A DNA stretch of 29,099 nucleotides from Pseudomonadota bacterium (GCA_029572955.1 JAKPQE010000080.1:1-29099); one strand, 5' to 3'. Numbered from the stretch's first letter, positions 9,127-23,758 are shown. Made by a program: numbers and translations. Notes: a model not told the origin generated them from the letters alone.

Positions 9127-9330
9127 TGTCGGGGCACTGGACGAAAACCCTTGCCGGACAAGGCGGGAGCCGGTAGGTTCGCCCTGTCCCACCACATGCA
9201 GGCTGGCGCGGCTTCGATTCTTTCGAACACAAAGGGCGCCGACCTCGTTCCCTGACAGGAACGGGTGAAAGACCTGCTTCTTCCCTCCCCTTTCAGTCCG
9301 GCCTCTTCCGGCGAAAAAGAGATCGCGTCG
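9127..9330 (+). promoter_or_regulatory. Long rho 5' leader with a C-rich/G-poor rut-like tract (probable Rho autoregulatory attenuator region)
   Basis: A 204-bp untranslated gap lies between the hemJ stop and the rho ATG. It contains the C-rich tract ctgcttcttccctcccctttcagtccggcctcttccgg (about 9274-9310). Rho autoregulation through rut sites in its own leader is established for enteric bacteria; here it is inferred. Confidence 0.4.
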
Positions 9331-10596
9331 ATGCGAGAAATGAAACTCCAGGACCTCAAGATCAAGACGCCGACCGAGCTGCTCGCCTTTGCCGAGGAAC
9401 TCGAGGTCGAGAACGCGAGCACGATGCGCAAGCAGGAGCTCATGTTCGCGATCCTGAAGCGGCTGGCGGCACAGGATACGGAAATCATCGGTGAGGGCGT
9501 CGTCGAAGTGCTGCAGGACGGTTTCGGCTTCCTGCGCTCGCCCGACGCCAACTATCTGCCGGGTCCCGACGACATCTACGTGTCGCCGTCGCAGATTCGC
9601 CGCTTCTCGCTGCGCACCGGCGACACCGTCGAGGGCCAGATCCGCAGCCCGAAGGAAGGCGAGCGGTATTTCGCGCTGCTCAAGGTGAACACGATCAATT
9701 TCGAGGATCCGGAGAAGACGCGGCACAAGATCCATTTCGACAATCTGACGCCGCTCTATCCGGACGAGCGCTTCCGGATGGAAGTCGAGGATCCGACGAC
9801 CAAGGATCTTTCCTCGCGCGTCATCGATCTCGTGGCGCCGCTCGGCAAGGGCCAGCGCGCGCTGATCGTGGCGCCGCCGCGCACCGGCAAGACGGTGCTG
9901 CTGCAGAACATCGCCCATTCGATCACGGCCAATCATCCCGAGTGCTATCTGATCGTGCTGCTGATCGACGAGCGGCCGGAAGAAGTCACCGACATGCAGC
10001 GCTCGGTGAAGGGCGAGGTGATTTCCTCGACCTTCGACGAGCCGGCGGCGCGCCACGTCCAGGTTGCCGAAATGGTGATCGAGAAGGCCAAGCGCCTCGT
10101 CGAGCATGGTCGCGACGTCGTGATCCTGCTCGATTCGATCACCCGCCTCGGCCGCGCCTACAACACGGTGGTGCCGTCCTCGGGCAAGGTGCTGACCGGT
10201 GGCGTCGACGCCAACGCCCTGCAGCGGCCGAAGCGCTTCTTCGGCGCGGCGCGCAACATCGAGGAAGGCGGCTCGCTGACCATCATCGCGACGGCGCTGA
10301 TCGATACCGGCAGCCGCATGGACGAGGTGATCTTCGAAGAGTTCAAGGGCACCGGCAACTCGGAAATCATCCTCGACCGCAAGGTCTCCGACAAGCGCGT
10401 CTTCCCGTCGATGGACATCCAGCGCTCGGGCACCCGCAAGGAAGAGCTGCTGGTGCCGAACGATCAGCTGAAGAAGATGTATGTCCTCAGGCGCATCCTG
10501 ACGCCGATGGGCACGGTCGACGCCATCGAGTTCCTGCTCGACAAGCTGAAGCAGACGAAGAGCAACATCGACTTCTTCGATTCGATGAACACCTGA
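9331..10596 (+). CDS. rho: Transcription termination factor Rho
   Basis: N-terminus [43 protein letters not shown], Walker [13 protein letters not shown], and the Q/R-loop region. The ATG at 9331 is chosen over the track's upstream in-frame ATG at 9265, which would add 22 non-conserved residues. Confidence 0.9.
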   Translation: MREMKLQDLKIKTPTELLAFAEELEVENASTMRKQELMFAILKRLAAQDTEIIGEGVVEVLQDGFGFLRSPDANYLPGPDDIYVSPSQIRRFSLRTGDTVEGQIRSPKEGERYFALLKVNTINFEDPEKTRHKIHFDNLTPLYPDERFRMEVEDPTTKDLSSRVIDLVAPLGKGQRALIVAPPRTGKTVLLQNIAHSITANHPECYLIVLLIDERPEEVTDMQRSVKGEVISSTFDEPAARHVQVAEMVIEKAKRLVEHGRDVVILLDSITRLGRAYNTVVPSSGKVLTGGVDANALQRPKRFFGAARNIEEGGSLTIIATALIDTGSRMDEVIFEEFKGTGNSEIILDRKVSDKRVFPSMDIQRSGTRKEELLVPNDQLKKMYVLRRILTPMGTVDAIEFLLDKLKQTKSNIDFFDSMNT

Positions 10597-10623
10597 CGTC
10601 CCGGACGTCGCTCGGAAACGAGA

Positions 10624-10659
10624 GGGCCGCTCTCCGGGTTCGGAGGGCGGCCCTTTTCG
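10624..10659 (+). terminator. Intrinsic terminator downstream of rho (hairpin plus T-tract)
   Basis: gggccgctctccg-ggtt-cggagggcggccc (13-bp stem with one mismatch, GGTT loop, 10624-10653) followed by ttttcg. It lies between the convergent rho and the thioredoxin-domain gene. Confidence 0.6.
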
Positions 10660-10666
10660 TTGCGGC

Positions 10667-12673
<2,007 letters not shown>

Positions 12674-12766
12674 GGATCGCGGCGTGCCCTTCGGGGTTTC
12701 GAGGTTTGCCACTAACTAGGCCATTGGCGCGGCGATGACAGGGTTTTCGGACGGGAAAAGGATCGG

Positions 12767-14095
12767 GTGAGGGGCAAGGACACCATATTCGCACTGTCGA
12801 GCGGGGCGCTGCCGGCCGGGATCGCCGTGGTGCGATCGAGCGGCCCGGCGTCGGGGGCCCTCGTCGCGGCGCTCGCCGGCCGAGTGCCGCAGGCGCGACT
12901 TGCGGAGCTCGCGACCTTGCGCGATCCGGCGACCGGCGAGGAAATCGATCGGGGTCTCTTGCTGTTCTTTCCTGGACCGGCGAGCGTTACCGGTGAGGAC
13001 GTCGCCGAGTTCCATCTCCATGGCGGTCGGGCGGTGGTGGCGCGCCTGCTGGCGGTGCTCAGCTCCGTCGCCGGGTGCCGGATGGCCGAGGCCGGAGAGT
13101 TCACGCGGCGCGCCTTCGACAATGGCAAGCTCGATCTCACCGAGGCGGAGGGCCTCGCCGACCTGATCGATTCGGAGACGGAAGGACAAAGGAAACAGGC
13201 GCTGCGCCAGATGTCGGGTGCGCTGCGGCTGCGCGCCGAGGGCTGGCGGGCCGGCGTCCTCGAGGCAATGGCGCTGATCGCTGCCGACCTCGATTTTTCC
13301 GACGAGGACGATGTCGGCGAGAAAGCGGCCGTCGGTGTTCGGGCGGTGATCATGGCGGTGCTCGGCGATGTCGAGGAAGCACTGTCGTCGAGCCGGATCG
13401 GCGAGCGGATCCGTGACGGCGTGCGGGTGGTGATCGCCGGAGCGCCGAATGTCGGCAAGTCGAGCCTCCTCAATCGCCTCGCCGGGCGGGACGTGGCGAT
13501 CGTCTCGAGGATCGCCGGCACGACACGGGACGCCATCGAGGTGCGGCTCGATATCGGCGGTGTGCCCGTCGATCTCGTCGATACGGCGGGCATCCGGGAA
13601 GCGGGAGACGAGATCGAGGCGGAAGGGATTCGGCGCAGCAGGGCGCGGATGGAGGATGCCGACCTGGTGCTGCATGTGATCGATGCGACGGCGGAACGAG
13701 ACGCCGCAGCAGCGGTCGATGTCGGAAGCGGTCCGGTTCTCCTCGTCCGGAACAAGATCGATCTCGGCGAGGTGGCGCCCGGGGTCAGAGAGGGTTTCGG
13801 AATATCGGCCGCGACTGGAGAAGGCCTCGACCAGGTGATCGCAGCGCTTGGCCGATTCGTTTCCGAAACATACGGGACGCGGGAAGGTGGAGTGGTGACG
13901 CGGGAACGGCAGCGGCGGCTCGTGGGTGATCTCGCCGTGGCATTGCGGGCAGCGCTGGGGCGCCTCGACGACATGCCGGAGCTGGCGGCGGAGGAGCTGC
14001 GTCGGGCGGCGCAGGCCATTGGCCGGTTGACCGGCACGATCGATGTGGAAGAAATGCTCGGGACCATCTTCGGCCGCTTCTGCATTGGTAAATAA
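12767..14095 (+). CDS. mnmE: tRNA modification GTPase MnmE (TrmE/ThdF)
   Basis: TIFALSSG..P.GIAVVR.SG N-domain, G-domain GAPNVGKSSLLN...DTAG, C-terminal ...CIGK. GTG start at 12767. Confidence 0.9.
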   Translation: MRGKDTIFALSSGALPAGIAVVRSSGPASGALVAALAGRVPQARLAELATLRDPATGEEIDRGLLLFFPGPASVTGEDVAEFHLHGGRAVVARLLAVLSSVAGCRMAEAGEFTRRAFDNGKLDLTEAEGLADLIDSETEGQRKQALRQMSGALRLRAEGWRAGVLEAMALIAADLDFSDEDDVGEKAAVGVRAVIMAVLGDVEEALSSSRIGERIRDGVRVVIAGAPNVGKSSLLNRLAGRDVAIVSRIAGTTRDAIEVRLDIGGVPVDLVDTAGIREAGDEIEAEGIRRSRARMEDADLVLHVIDATAERDAAAAVDVGSGPVLLVRNKIDLGEVAPGVREGFGISAATGEGLDQVIAALGRFVSETYGTREGGVVTRERQRRLVGDLAVALRAALGRLDDMPELAAEELRRAAQAIGRLTGTIDVEEMLGTIFGRFCIGK

Positions 14096-14109
14096 GGGAT
14101 TCTGGAATC

Positions 14110-14125
14110 CGTTTCACGTGAAACG
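14110..14125. other. parS centromere site (ParB binding) in the mnmE-mnmG intergenic region
   Basis: cGTTTCACGTGAAACg carries a perfect 14-bp palindrome and matches 14 of 16 positions of the consensus tGTTTCACGTGAAACa. The 17-mer ccgtttcacgtgaaacg is repeated at 16173-16189. Confidence 0.7.
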
Positions 14126-14188
14126 CACCCGAGTCGCACAGCTTCTCCACATATGGTGCCGTGCCCGAGGCGACATGGAAGGACAGAG

Positions 14189-16072
14189 ATGCAGGAAGAC
14201 CGGTTCGATGTGATCGTGGTCGGTGGCGGCCATGCCGGCTGTGAGGCCGCGGCGGCTGCCGCGCGCGTCGGCGCACGCACGGCACTCGTCACCCATCGCT
14301 TCGCGACGATCGGCGAGATGTCCTGCAATCCGGCGATCGGCGGTCTCGGCAAGGGCCATCTCGTCCGCGAGGTAGATGCCCTAGATGGCCTGATGGGACG
14401 CGTCGCCGACGCTGCCGGCATCCAGTTTCGTATCCTCAACCGGCGCAAGGGACCGGCGGTCCAGGGCCCGCGGGCGCAGGCCGACCGCAAGCTCTATCGT
14501 CAGGCGATGCAGGCGGCGATCCTGGCGACGCCGGGGCTGGAAGTGGTCGAGGGCGACGCCGCCGATCTGCTGCTCTCGGCGAATCGAGTCGGAGGCGTGA
14601 CGATCGCGAACGGCCGCGTTCTCAGGGCCGGCGCGGTGGTGCTGACGACGGGTACGTTCCTTCGCGGAGTCATCCATATCGGCGACCGCCAGATCCCGGC
14701 CGGGCGGGTCGGCGAGGCACCGAGCATCGGCCTCTCGGCGACGCTCGAGCGGGCCGGTCTGCGCCTCGGCCGGCTGAAGACCGGCACGCCGCCGCGTCTC
14801 GATGGCAAGACGATCGACTGGGCCGGGCTCGACGTCCAGAAGGGCGACGATCCGCCGGTGCCGTTCTCGATGTTGACGCGGGCGATCACGACACCGCAGA
14901 TCGTCTGCCACATCACGCGGACGACGGCGGCGGGGCATGATCTGATCCGCACCAATCTCGCGCGGGCGCCGATTTACTCCGGCCAGATCGGCAGCCGGGG
15001 GCCGCGCTACTGCCCCTCGATCGAGGACAAGGTGGTTCGCTTCGCCGATCGCGACAGCCACCAGGTGTTCCTCGAGCCGGAAGGGCTCGACGACGACACG
15101 GTCTATCCGAACGGCATTTCGACCTCGCTGCCGGAGGACGTGCAGGAAGGTCTGGTGCGGGCCATGCCCGGGCTCGAGAAGGTACGCATCCTCCGGCCGG
15201 GATATGCGATCGAATACGATCATGTCGACCCGACCGAACTCTATCCCTCGCTGGAGACGAAGAAGCTCGCCGGTCTTTTCCTCGCCGGGCAGATCAACGG
15301 CACGACCGGCTACGAGGAGGCGGCGGCGCAGGGTCTCGTCGCCGGCGTCAATGCGGCGCGGCTTGCCGGTGGCGGCGATGCGGTCGAGTTCGACCGGACG
15401 ACGAGCTATCTCGGCGTGATGATCGACGATCTCGTCACCAAGGGGATCAGCGAGCCCTATCGGATGTTCACGTCGCGGGCGGAGTTCCGGCTGTCGTTGC
15501 GGACCGACAATGCCGATATCCGGTTGACGCCGGTCGGTGATCGCCTCGGCTGCGTCCGGTCGGAGCGCCGTGCGCATTTCGATTCGCGATCGAAACGGAT
15601 CGATATGGCACGGGAGCTGCTGCGCTCGTTGCGGATGTCGCCGAGCGAAGCGGCGCGCCGCGGACTGTCGGTCAACCAGGATGGCGTGGTGCGCAGCGGC
15701 TTCGACCTCCTCGGCTATGCCGATATCGGCTTCGACGATCTGCGGCGGGTCTGGCCCGAGCTCGGGACGATCGACGAGGATGCGGCGACCTTCGTCGCGA
15801 CCGAGGCGCGGTACGCGGTCTATCTCGATCGCCAGGCGTCGGATGCCGAGGCGCTGAAGCGGGACGAGGATCTGCGCCTGCCGGTCGATCTCGACTATGC
15901 GGCGATCGGCGGCCTCTCGAACGAGGTTCGGGGCAAGCTCGCGAGCGCGCGGCCGGTGTCGATCGGTCACGCGGCGCGGATCGATGGGATCACGCCGGCG
16001 GCGCTGACGGCGCTCCTGGCGCATGTCCGCAAGCGGCCGGATCGATTCGGATCCGAAGCGGATGGCAGATAG
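14189..16072 (+). CDS. mnmG: tRNA uridine 5-carboxymethylaminomethyl modification enzyme MnmG (GidA)
   Basis: [19 protein letters not shown] motif, [14 protein letters not shown], and overall GidA-like across about 627 aa. ATG at 14189 with GAAGGA Shine-Dalgarno. Confidence 0.9.
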   Translation: MQEDRFDVIVVGGGHAGCEAAAAAARVGARTALVTHRFATIGEMSCNPAIGGLGKGHLVREVDALDGLMGRVADAAGIQFRILNRRKGPAVQGPRAQADRKLYRQAMQAAILATPGLEVVEGDAADLLLSANRVGGVTIANGRVLRAGAVVLTTGTFLRGVIHIGDRQIPAGRVGEAPSIGLSATLERAGLRLGRLKTGTPPRLDGKTIDWAGLDVQKGDDPPVPFSMLTRAITTPQIVCHITRTTAAGHDLIRTNLARAPIYSGQIGSRGPRYCPSIEDKVVRFADRDSHQVFLEPEGLDDDTVYPNGISTSLPEDVQEGLVRAMPGLEKVRILRPGYAIEYDHVDPTELYPSLETKKLAGLFLAGQINGTTGYEEAAAQGLVAGVNAARLAGGGDAVEFDRTTSYLGVMIDDLVTKGISEPYRMFTSRAEFRLSLRTDNADIRLTPVGDRLGCVRSERRAHFDSRSKRIDMARELLRSLRMSPSEAARRGLSVNQDGVVRSGFDLLGYADIGFDDLRRVWPELGTIDEDAATFVATEARYAVYLDRQASDAEALKRDEDLRLPVDLDYAAIGGLSNEVRGKLASARPVSIGHAARIDGITPAALTALLAHVRKRPDRFGSEADGR

Positions 16073-16120
16073 GTTCGGTTTCGTCGCCGGTCCGATGGCC
16101 GGCGCGGGAGGATGTGGGGA

Positions 16121-16779
16121 ATGGCTGCATCGCCGTTGGTCGATTCGATTGATATCGTTTCCGAAATCGTTCCCGTTTCACGTGAAACGGCAGAGCGGCT
16201 CGGCATCTATGTCGAACTCCTGAAGCACTGGCAGACGCGGATCAATCTCGTCGCGCCGTCGACGCTCGACGCCATCTGGCGCCGGCATGTGGCGGACAGC
16301 GTACAGATCCTGCCGCTCGTTCCGGATGCGAGGCGATGGCTCGACATCGGCAGCGGCGCCGGCTTTCCGGGCATGGTGACGGCGATCTTCCTCGCCGATG
16401 TCGCCGGGGCGCGGGTCGATCTCGTCGAGTCGAACGGCAAGAAGGCGGCGTTCCTGCGAACCGTCGCCCGCGAGACGGGAGCTGCGGCGAATATCCATTG
16501 CGCGCGCATCGAGGATGTGATTCCTAGCCTCACGGAGCCCGTCGACGCGGTCAGCGCACGGGCGCTCGCGAGCCTCGACATTCTCTGTCGGATGGTCGAG
16601 CCGTTGGTCCGCAAAGGTGCCGTCGCGGTTTTCCACAAAGGTCAAGATTTTGAGGCCGAGTATCGCGAATGCGCTAAATCTTGGGTCATCGATCTGGTAA
16701 AACACCAAAGTCGGATCGATCCCAAGGGGTCGATCATCCTCATTCGCGGCATCGAGCCGCTGGCGACAGGGATCCCCAC

Positions 16780-16783
<4 letters not shown>
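16121..16783 (+). CDS. rsmG: 16S rRNA (guanine527-N7)-methyltransferase RsmG (GidB)
   Basis: VSRET motif and SAM-binding DIGSGAGFPG. ATG at 16121 is preferred because GGGAGGA lies about 9 nt upstream. The stop overlaps the parA start (ATGA). Confidence 0.85.
16174..16189. other. parS centromere site embedded in rsmG codons (V-S-R-E-T)
   Basis: cGTTTCACGTGAAACg, part of an 18-bp perfect palindrome ccgtttcacgtgaaacgg (16173-16190). Matches 14 of 16 positions of the parS consensus. Confidence 0.7.
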
Positions 16784-17604
<821 letters not shown>

Positions 17605-17696
17605 CCGGTCGACATAAACGGGCCTAAAACGGCACAATTACCGATATCGATTCACAACCGAAACAACATAGGCGAGTCGTTTCAGGAATGGCGAAC

Positions 17697-18560
<864 letters not shown>

Positions 18561-18585
18561 GGCAGCTCGATTCCGGCAGCAGCGA

Positions 18586-18614
18586 ACCGGCCCTTTCGGG
18601 CCGGTTTTCTTTTT
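18586..18614 (+). terminator. Intrinsic terminator after parB
   Basis: Perfect hairpin aaccggccc-tttc-gggccggtt followed by ttttctttttg. Confidence 0.7.
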
Positions 18615-18642
18615 GATCAGAGATAGTTGTCCGATTTCCGCG

Positions 18643-19683
18643 TCAGCGGCGGGGGCGCGGCGTCGGGGCGGCGGCGCGGCCGATGCGGAACAACAGCGCG
18701 CCGATCAGCGAAAAAGCCATTTCGGGCTTCTGGCGAACGTCGAGCTGGGCTTCGTCGACGAGTTCGAGGGCTCGTTCGAGGCGCCTGCGATTCCAGCTTT
18801 CGAGGGCGGTCGCGACGGCGGCGCGGCGCTTGAAATGCATCGGCGGGGTCAGGTGCTCGACGATGGCGGAGGCGCGCTTGCCGGTTTCGACCTCGGCGCG
18901 CAGCCGGTGCAGCAGCTGAAAATGGCGCAGCACGGCGGTCATGATCGCCGAGGGGTGGATGCCGGTGCCGGCAAGGCGCAGGAGGCCGTGATCGACGGCG
19001 GCGAGGCGACCGGTCGCGGCGGCATCGATCACCTCGTCGATGACGATCGCCGAGGCATCGCCGCTGACGGCGACGACGTCGGCGAGCGTCACGGTGTCCT
19101 GACCGCGCGCATAGAGCTTCAGCTTGTCGATCTCGGCGCGGCTCGCCAGCCGGTCGGCGCCGAGCTGGGCGATGAGCGCGGCGCGGGCGTCGTGATCGAT
19201 GGCGAGGCCGTCGGCGGCGAACTCGCGATCGATCAGCTTTTCGAGGTCCTGGCCGGTGTCGGGATAGCAGGCGATGGCGACGGCCGAGCGGGCCTGCTCG
19301 AAGCGGCGGCGGATCGGCGAGCTTTTCTTCAGGTCGCCGGCCTCGACGACGATGATCGCCTCGGCGGGCGGCTGGTCGAAGACGAGATCGAGGGCGGGCA
19401 GGATCGAGCGGCCGGCGAGGCGGATGCGAATGGCGCGGCGGCCGCCGAACAGCGGGATGGTGTGGGCTTCGTCGGCGAGACGGGCCGGATCGCCGGCAAT
19501 GGCGTCGCCGTCGAGCTGGACGATGGCGAAAGGATCGGCGCCGTCGCCGATCGAGGCATCGATGATCTGGCGGGTGCGTTCGGAAACGAGACCGGTATCG
19601 GGCCCGAACACCAGGACGAGCGGCGTTTCCGGGTCCGGCGCCTTCAGAAAACGTTCGAGAGCGGCGCCCTTCGGCGTGGTCAT
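18643..19683 (-). CDS. holA: DNA polymerase III delta subunit
   Basis: 346 aa. N-terminus LVLVFGPDTGLVSER and length/position downstream of lptE match HolA of the leuS-lptE-holA cluster. Confidence 0.8.
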   Translation of the reverse strand: MTTPKGAALERFLKAPDPETPLVLVFGPDTGLVSERTRQIIDASIGDGADPFAIVQLDGDAIAGDPARLADEAHTIPLFGGRRAIRIRLAGRSILPALDLVFDQPPAEAIIVVEAGDLKKSSPIRRRFEQARSAVAIACYPDTGQDLEKLIDREFAADGLAIDHDARAALIAQLGADRLASRAEIDKLKLYARGQDTVTLADVVAVSGDASAIVIDEVIDAAATGRLAAVDHGLLRLAGTGIHPSAIMTAVLRHFQLLHRLRAEVETGKRASAIVEHLTPPMHFKRRAAVATALESWNRRRLERALELVDEAQLDVRQKPEMAFSLIGALLFRIGRAAAPTPRPRR

Positions 19684-19764
19684 GGCCCGTCCATTCCGGC
19701 CGCCGGACGGATGCGCCGGCGGACATCTCTCGCGGTCGCCGGACCCTCGGGCCGGGGACCGGCC

Positions 19765-20310
19765 TTACTGGCTCCGGGCGAGGAAGGCGGCGACCTTGGT
19801 GACGATGTCGTTGGCGATCGTCACGGCGGCGCGGTCTTCGGCGTCGCGCTCGGCCCTGAGGTTGGCGTAGCGCTGGTTGGAGAAGTCGAACGAGGCGTCG
19901 GCGAAGCTCTTGCCCTTGGTGAGTTCCTCGCCGGTGCCGGCGTCGACGAGACGATAGTCGGCCGAAACGGTCAGCACCTCGGCGGTCGGGGTGCCGGAGA
20001 TCTGGTGAATGCCGACGCTCGAACTCGACCGGACGACCGTGACCGCCAGGCGGTAGCGCGGGGAGACCGGCTCGACCGAACCGGACATGGCGTAGACGAT
20101 CTCGTTGCGGACCTGCTGACCGAGCCGTTCGGGGATCGGATCGACGGCGATGGTCGACAGCGTGTCGCTGAGGCGCGCGCCGGTCGACAGCGAGCCGTAC
20201 ATCGGGCGCACGTTGCAGGCGGCAAGCAGCACGGCGAGGCCGAGAACGGCGACGAAGGCGCCGAGACGGAGACCGCCGGCGGGCCGGGTCGAGAGATCAG
20301 GCGACGACAT
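19765..20310 (-). CDS. lptE: LPS-assembly lipoprotein LptE (RlpB)
   Basis: Signal peptide with lipobox LLAAC. It lies between leuS and holA, as in most proteobacteria. The ATG at 20308-20310 overlaps the leuS 3' end. Sequence is weakly conserved, so the call rests on context and the lipoprotein signal. Confidence 0.65.
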   Translation of the reverse strand: MSSPDLSTRPAGGLRLGAFVAVLGLAVLLAACNVRPMYGSLSTGARLSDTLSTIAVDPIPERLGQQVRNEIVYAMSGSVEPVSPRYRLAVTVVRSSSSVGIHQISGTPTAEVLTVSADYRLVDAGTGEELTKGKSFADASFDFSNQRYANLRAERDAEDRAAVTIANDIVTKVAAFLARSQ

Positions 20311-22894
20311 TGACGATCCTTTGCGGGACCACGATGACCTTGCGGGGCGGCTTGCCCTCGAGGAAGCGGGCGACCGATTCGAGCGCGAGGACGGCGCTTT
20401 CGATCTCAGCTTGCGAGGCATTGCGGGCGATTGTCAATTCGCCGCGCTTCTTGCCGTTGACCTGGACCGGCAGGACCATGGTGTCGTCGACGAGGAGCGA
20501 GGTGTCGACCGTCGGCCAGGATTCGCCGGCAACGAGCGTGTCGCGGCCGATGACGTGCCAGCATTCCTCGGCGAAATGCGGGGTCATCGGGGCGATGACG
20601 CGCAGCAGCATGGCGAGTGCCTCGCGGGCGGCGGCGGCAAGGCTCGCATCCTCGGCAAGGGCATCGCCGGAAATCGCGTCGGCGAGCGTGTTGACGAATT
20701 CGTAGACGCGGGCGACGGCGCGGTTGAAGCGCAGTTTCTCGATGTCTTCCTCGACGCCGGCGACGGTGCGGTGAATCGCCTTGGTCAGGGCCGTCGCGGC
20801 AGCGCTCGGCTCGCCGGCTTCGCCCGCCGGGGCCTCGGCGACGAGACCGACGAGGCGCCACAGGCGCTGGATGAACCGCCAGGCGCCTTCGACGCCGGCG
20901 TCGGTCCACTCGATGTCACGGTCCGGCGGTGTGTCGGAGAGCATGAACCAGCGCGCGGTGTCGGCGCCGTAGGTCTCGATGATGCGGGTCGGGTCGACGA
21001 CGTTCTTCTTCGACTTCGACATCGATTCGATGGCGCCGACGGTGACCGGCTCGCCGGTCGAAACGTGGAAGGCACCGCCGTCGCGCTTTTCGATGTCCTC
21101 GGGGAACAGCCAGCGGCCGTCGGCGCCCTTATAGGTCTCGTGCGTCACCATGCCCTGCGTGAACAGGCCGGCGAACGGCTCGTCGAGGCCGACATGGCCG
21201 GTCATCTTCATGGCGCGGGTGAAGAAGCGCGAATAGAGCAGGTGCAGGATCGCGTGCTCGACACCGCCGATATACTGGTCGACCGGCAGCCAGCCGTCGA
21301 CGGCGTCGCGCTCGGTCGGCGCATCGGCGCGCGGGGCGGTGAAACGGGCGAAATACCAGGACGAATCGACGAAGGTGTCCATGGTGTCGGTTTCGCGCCG
21401 GGCCGGCTTGCCGCATTTCGGACAGTCGACATGCTTCCAGGTCGGATGGCGGTCGAGCGGATTGCCGGGCACGTCGAAGGAGACGTCGTCGGGCAGCTGG
21501 ACCGGCAGGTCGGCCGCCGGAACGGGCACGACGCCGCAATCCTCGCAGTGGGTGACCGGGATCGGGCAGCCCCAGTAGCGCTGGCGCGAGATGCCCCAGT
21601 CGCGCAGACGATAATTGATCTCGCGGGCGGCCTGCGGCGCATCGTCGACGGTCTCGCGCTCGAGCCGGCTGGCGACGTCTTCCTTGGCCTCGGCGATCGT
21701 CATGCCGTCGAGGAATTCCGAATTGAAGATGCGGCCCTCGCCGGTATAGGCCTCGTCGCCGACGGTGAAGGCCGCCGGATCGGTGTCGTCGGGCAGCACC
21801 ACCGGCACGACGCGCAGGCCGTATTTGCGGGCAAAATCGAGGTCGCGCTGGTCATGCGCCGGGCAGCCGAAGATGGCGCCGGTGCCGTATTCCATCAGCA
21901 CGAAATTGGCGACATAGACCGGCAGCTCGACCGAGGAGAGGAACGGGTGCTCGACGGTGAGGCCGGTGTTGAATCCCTTCTTCTCGGCCTTGGCGATCGC
22001 CTCGGCCGAGGTGCCGGTCTGGCGGCATTCGGCGATGAAGGCGGCGAGCTTCTCGTCCTTGGCGGCAAGGGCGGCCGAGAGCGGGTGGTCGGGCGACAGC
22101 GCCATGAAGGAAGCGCCGAACAGCGTATCCGGCCGGGTGGTGAAGATCTCGAGGTGCGAGAAGCCCTCGGGCACCGGGAAGGCGAAGCGGAAGCGGATAC
22201 GCAGGCCCTCGGAGCGGCCGATCCAGTTCTTCTGCATCAGCCGGACCTTTTCCGGCCAGCGGTCGAGGCCGTCGAGGGCCGAGAGCAGATCCTCGGAGAA
22301 GGCGGTGATCTTGAAGAACCACTGGGTCAGCTCGCGGCTCTCGACGAGCGCGCCGGAGCGCCAGCCGCGGCCGTCGATCACCTGCTCGTTGGCGAGCACG
22401 GTCTGGTCGACCGGGTCCCAGTTGACCTTCGACTGGCGGCGATAGGCCAGGCCGGCCTCGAGGAAGTCGAGGAAGAGCTTCTGCTGGCGATGGTAGTATT
22501 CGACGTCGCAGGTCGCGAACTCACGCTCCCAGTCGATGGACAGGCCCATCGACTTCAGCTGGCCGCGCATCGTGGCGATGTTCGAATAGGTCCAGTCCTT
22601 CGGGTGGACCTTGTTCTGCATGGCGGCGTTCTCTGCCGGCATGCCGAAGGCGTCCCAGCCCATCGGATGGAGGACGTTGAAACCCTTGGCGCGCTTGTAG
22701 CGGGCGACGACGTCGCCCATCGTGTAGTTGCGCACATGGCCCATGTGAATGCGGCCGGAGGGATAGGGAAACATCTCCAGCACGTAGTATTTCGGCCGGG
22801 GATCGGCATTGTCGGTGCGGAAGATCGCGGCATCGTCCCACGTCTCGCGCCACCGGGCCTCGGTTTCCTTTGCGTTGTAACGTTCGCTCGCCAT
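20297..22894 (-). CDS. leuS: Leucyl-tRNA synthetase
   Basis: 865 aa with the HMGH motif ([15 protein letters not shown]), KMSKS motif (SMSKSKKN) and a CP1 editing domain. ATG at 22892-22894 with AGGA Shine-Dalgarno. The 1244-aa track ORF is an artefactual upstream extension. Confidence 0.9.
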   Translation of the reverse strand: MASERYNAKETEARWRETWDDAAIFRTDNADPRPKYYVLEMFPYPSGRIHMGHVRNYTMGDVVARYKRAKGFNVLHPMGWDAFGMPAENAAMQNKVHPKDWTYSNIATMRGQLKSMGLSIDWEREFATCDVEYYHRQQKLFLDFLEAGLAYRRQSKVNWDPVDQTVLANEQVIDGRGWRSGALVESRELTQWFFKITAFSEDLLSALDGLDRWPEKVRLMQKNWIGRSEGLRIRFRFAFPVPEGFSHLEIFTTRPDTLFGASFMALSPDHPLSAALAAKDEKLAAFIAECRQTGTSAEAIAKAEKKGFNTGLTVEHPFLSSVELPVYVANFVLMEYGTGAIFGCPAHDQRDLDFARKYGLRVVPVVLPDDTDPAAFTVGDEAYTGEGRIFNSEFLDGMTIAEAKEDVASRLERETVDDAPQAAREINYRLRDWGISRQRYWGCPIPVTHCEDCGVVPVPAADLPVQLPDDVSFDVPGNPLDRHPTWKHVDCPKCGKPARRETDTMDTFVDSSWYFARFTAPRADAPTERDAVDGWLPVDQYIGGVEHAILHLLYSRFFTRAMKMTGHVGLDEPFAGLFTQGMVTHETYKGADGRWLFPEDIEKRDGGAFHVSTGEPVTVGAIESMSKSKKNVVDPTRIIETYGADTARWFMLSDTPPDRDIEWTDAGVEGAWRFIQRLWRLVGLVAEAPAGEAGEPSAAATALTKAIHRTVAGVEEDIEKLRFNRAVARVYEFVNTLADAISGDALAEDASLAAAAREALAMLLRVIAPMTPHFAEECWHVIGRDTLVAGESWPTVDTSLLVDDTMVLPVQVNGKKRGELTIARNASQAEIESAVLALESVARFLEGKPPRKVIVVPQRIVNVVA

Positions 22895-23074
22895 GCGTCC
22901 TGGGTCCAATTCGCAAATGAAACGATGCTCCGCGCCGGGCGCGGAATCGCGCGACCTACACCAGAAAAGCCCTTGCCGGTCAACCGCAAAGAGGCCGAAA
23001 ACCGCCCTGTCGCATTGCCGGCGCGGGGTGCCGATGCATAATGGACGACGCATTTTCCATTCGATCGAGGCGGC

Positions 23075-23758
23075 ATGACGGCGGCGGACAATCTGAAGGG
23101 CATCGAGACGCGGATGGCGACGGCGGCGCGCGAAGCCGGGCGCGAGCCCGCGGCGGTCACCCTCGTGGTCGTCTCCAAGACGTTTTCGGCCGAGGAGATC
23201 CGGCCGGTGATCGCCGCCGGCCATCGGGTCTTCGGCGAAAACCGGGTGCAGGAGGCCAAGGGCAAGTGGCCGGAGCTTCTCGCCGAGACGGCGGGGATCG
23301 AACTCCACCTCATCGGGCCGCTGCAGTCGAACAAGGCACACGAGGCGGTCGAGCTCTTCGACGTCATCCACACCATCGACCGCGACAAGATCGCCTCGGC
23401 GATCGCCAGGGAAATGGCGCGCACGGGGCGCCGACCGAAGCTCTTCGTCCAGGTGAATACCGGCGCCGAGCCGCAAAAGGCCGGGGTCTTGCCCGAGGAA
23501 ACGGTGGCGTTCGTCGCGCGCTGCCGCGACGAATTCGGGCTCGAGATCGCCGGGCTCATGTGCATTCCACCGTTCGACGAGGCGCCGGCGCCGCATTTCG
23601 CGCTGCTCGCCAAGCTCGCGGCGGAGGCCGGCGTCGACGAACTCTCGATGGGCATGAGCGACGATTTCGAGGTCGCGATCCATCAGGGTGCGACGCTCGT
23701 CCGGGTCGGCAGCGCGATCTTCGGCGCCCGGCCGAAGCCGGCCGCGACGCAGGCCTAA
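23075..23758 (+). CDS. yggS: YggS-family pyridoxal 5'-phosphate homeostasis protein (PLPHP, UPF0001)
   Basis: [13 protein letters not shown] (PLP-lysine region), [10 protein letters not shown] and ELSMGMS.DF motifs. Its TAA stop overlaps the TAG stop of the convergent downstream gene. Confidence 0.85.
   Translation: MTAADNLKGIETRMATAAREAGREPAAVTLVVVSKTFSAEEIRPVIAAGHRVFGENRVQEAKGKWPELLAETAGIELHLIGPLQSNKAHEAVELFDVIHTIDRDKIASAIAREMARTGRRPKLFVQVNTGAEPQKAGVLPEETVAFVARCRDEFGLEIAGLMCIPPFDEAPAPHFALLAKLAAEAGVDELSMGMSDDFEVAIHQGATLVRVGSAIFGARPKPAATQA

Noticed and set aside
9265-9330. In-frame ATG 22 codons upstream of the rho start ([22 protein letters not shown]...)
   Set aside because: The extension is not Rho-like and is encoded by the C-rich leader tract. 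The conserved Rho N-terminus begins at [10 protein letters not shown].
12674-12712. Alternative GTG start of the thioredoxin-domain gene at 12712 (MANLETPKGTPRS...)
   Set aside because: YyaL/DUF255 proteins begin close to the ETSPYLLQH motif, and the ATG at 12673 gives that N-terminus.
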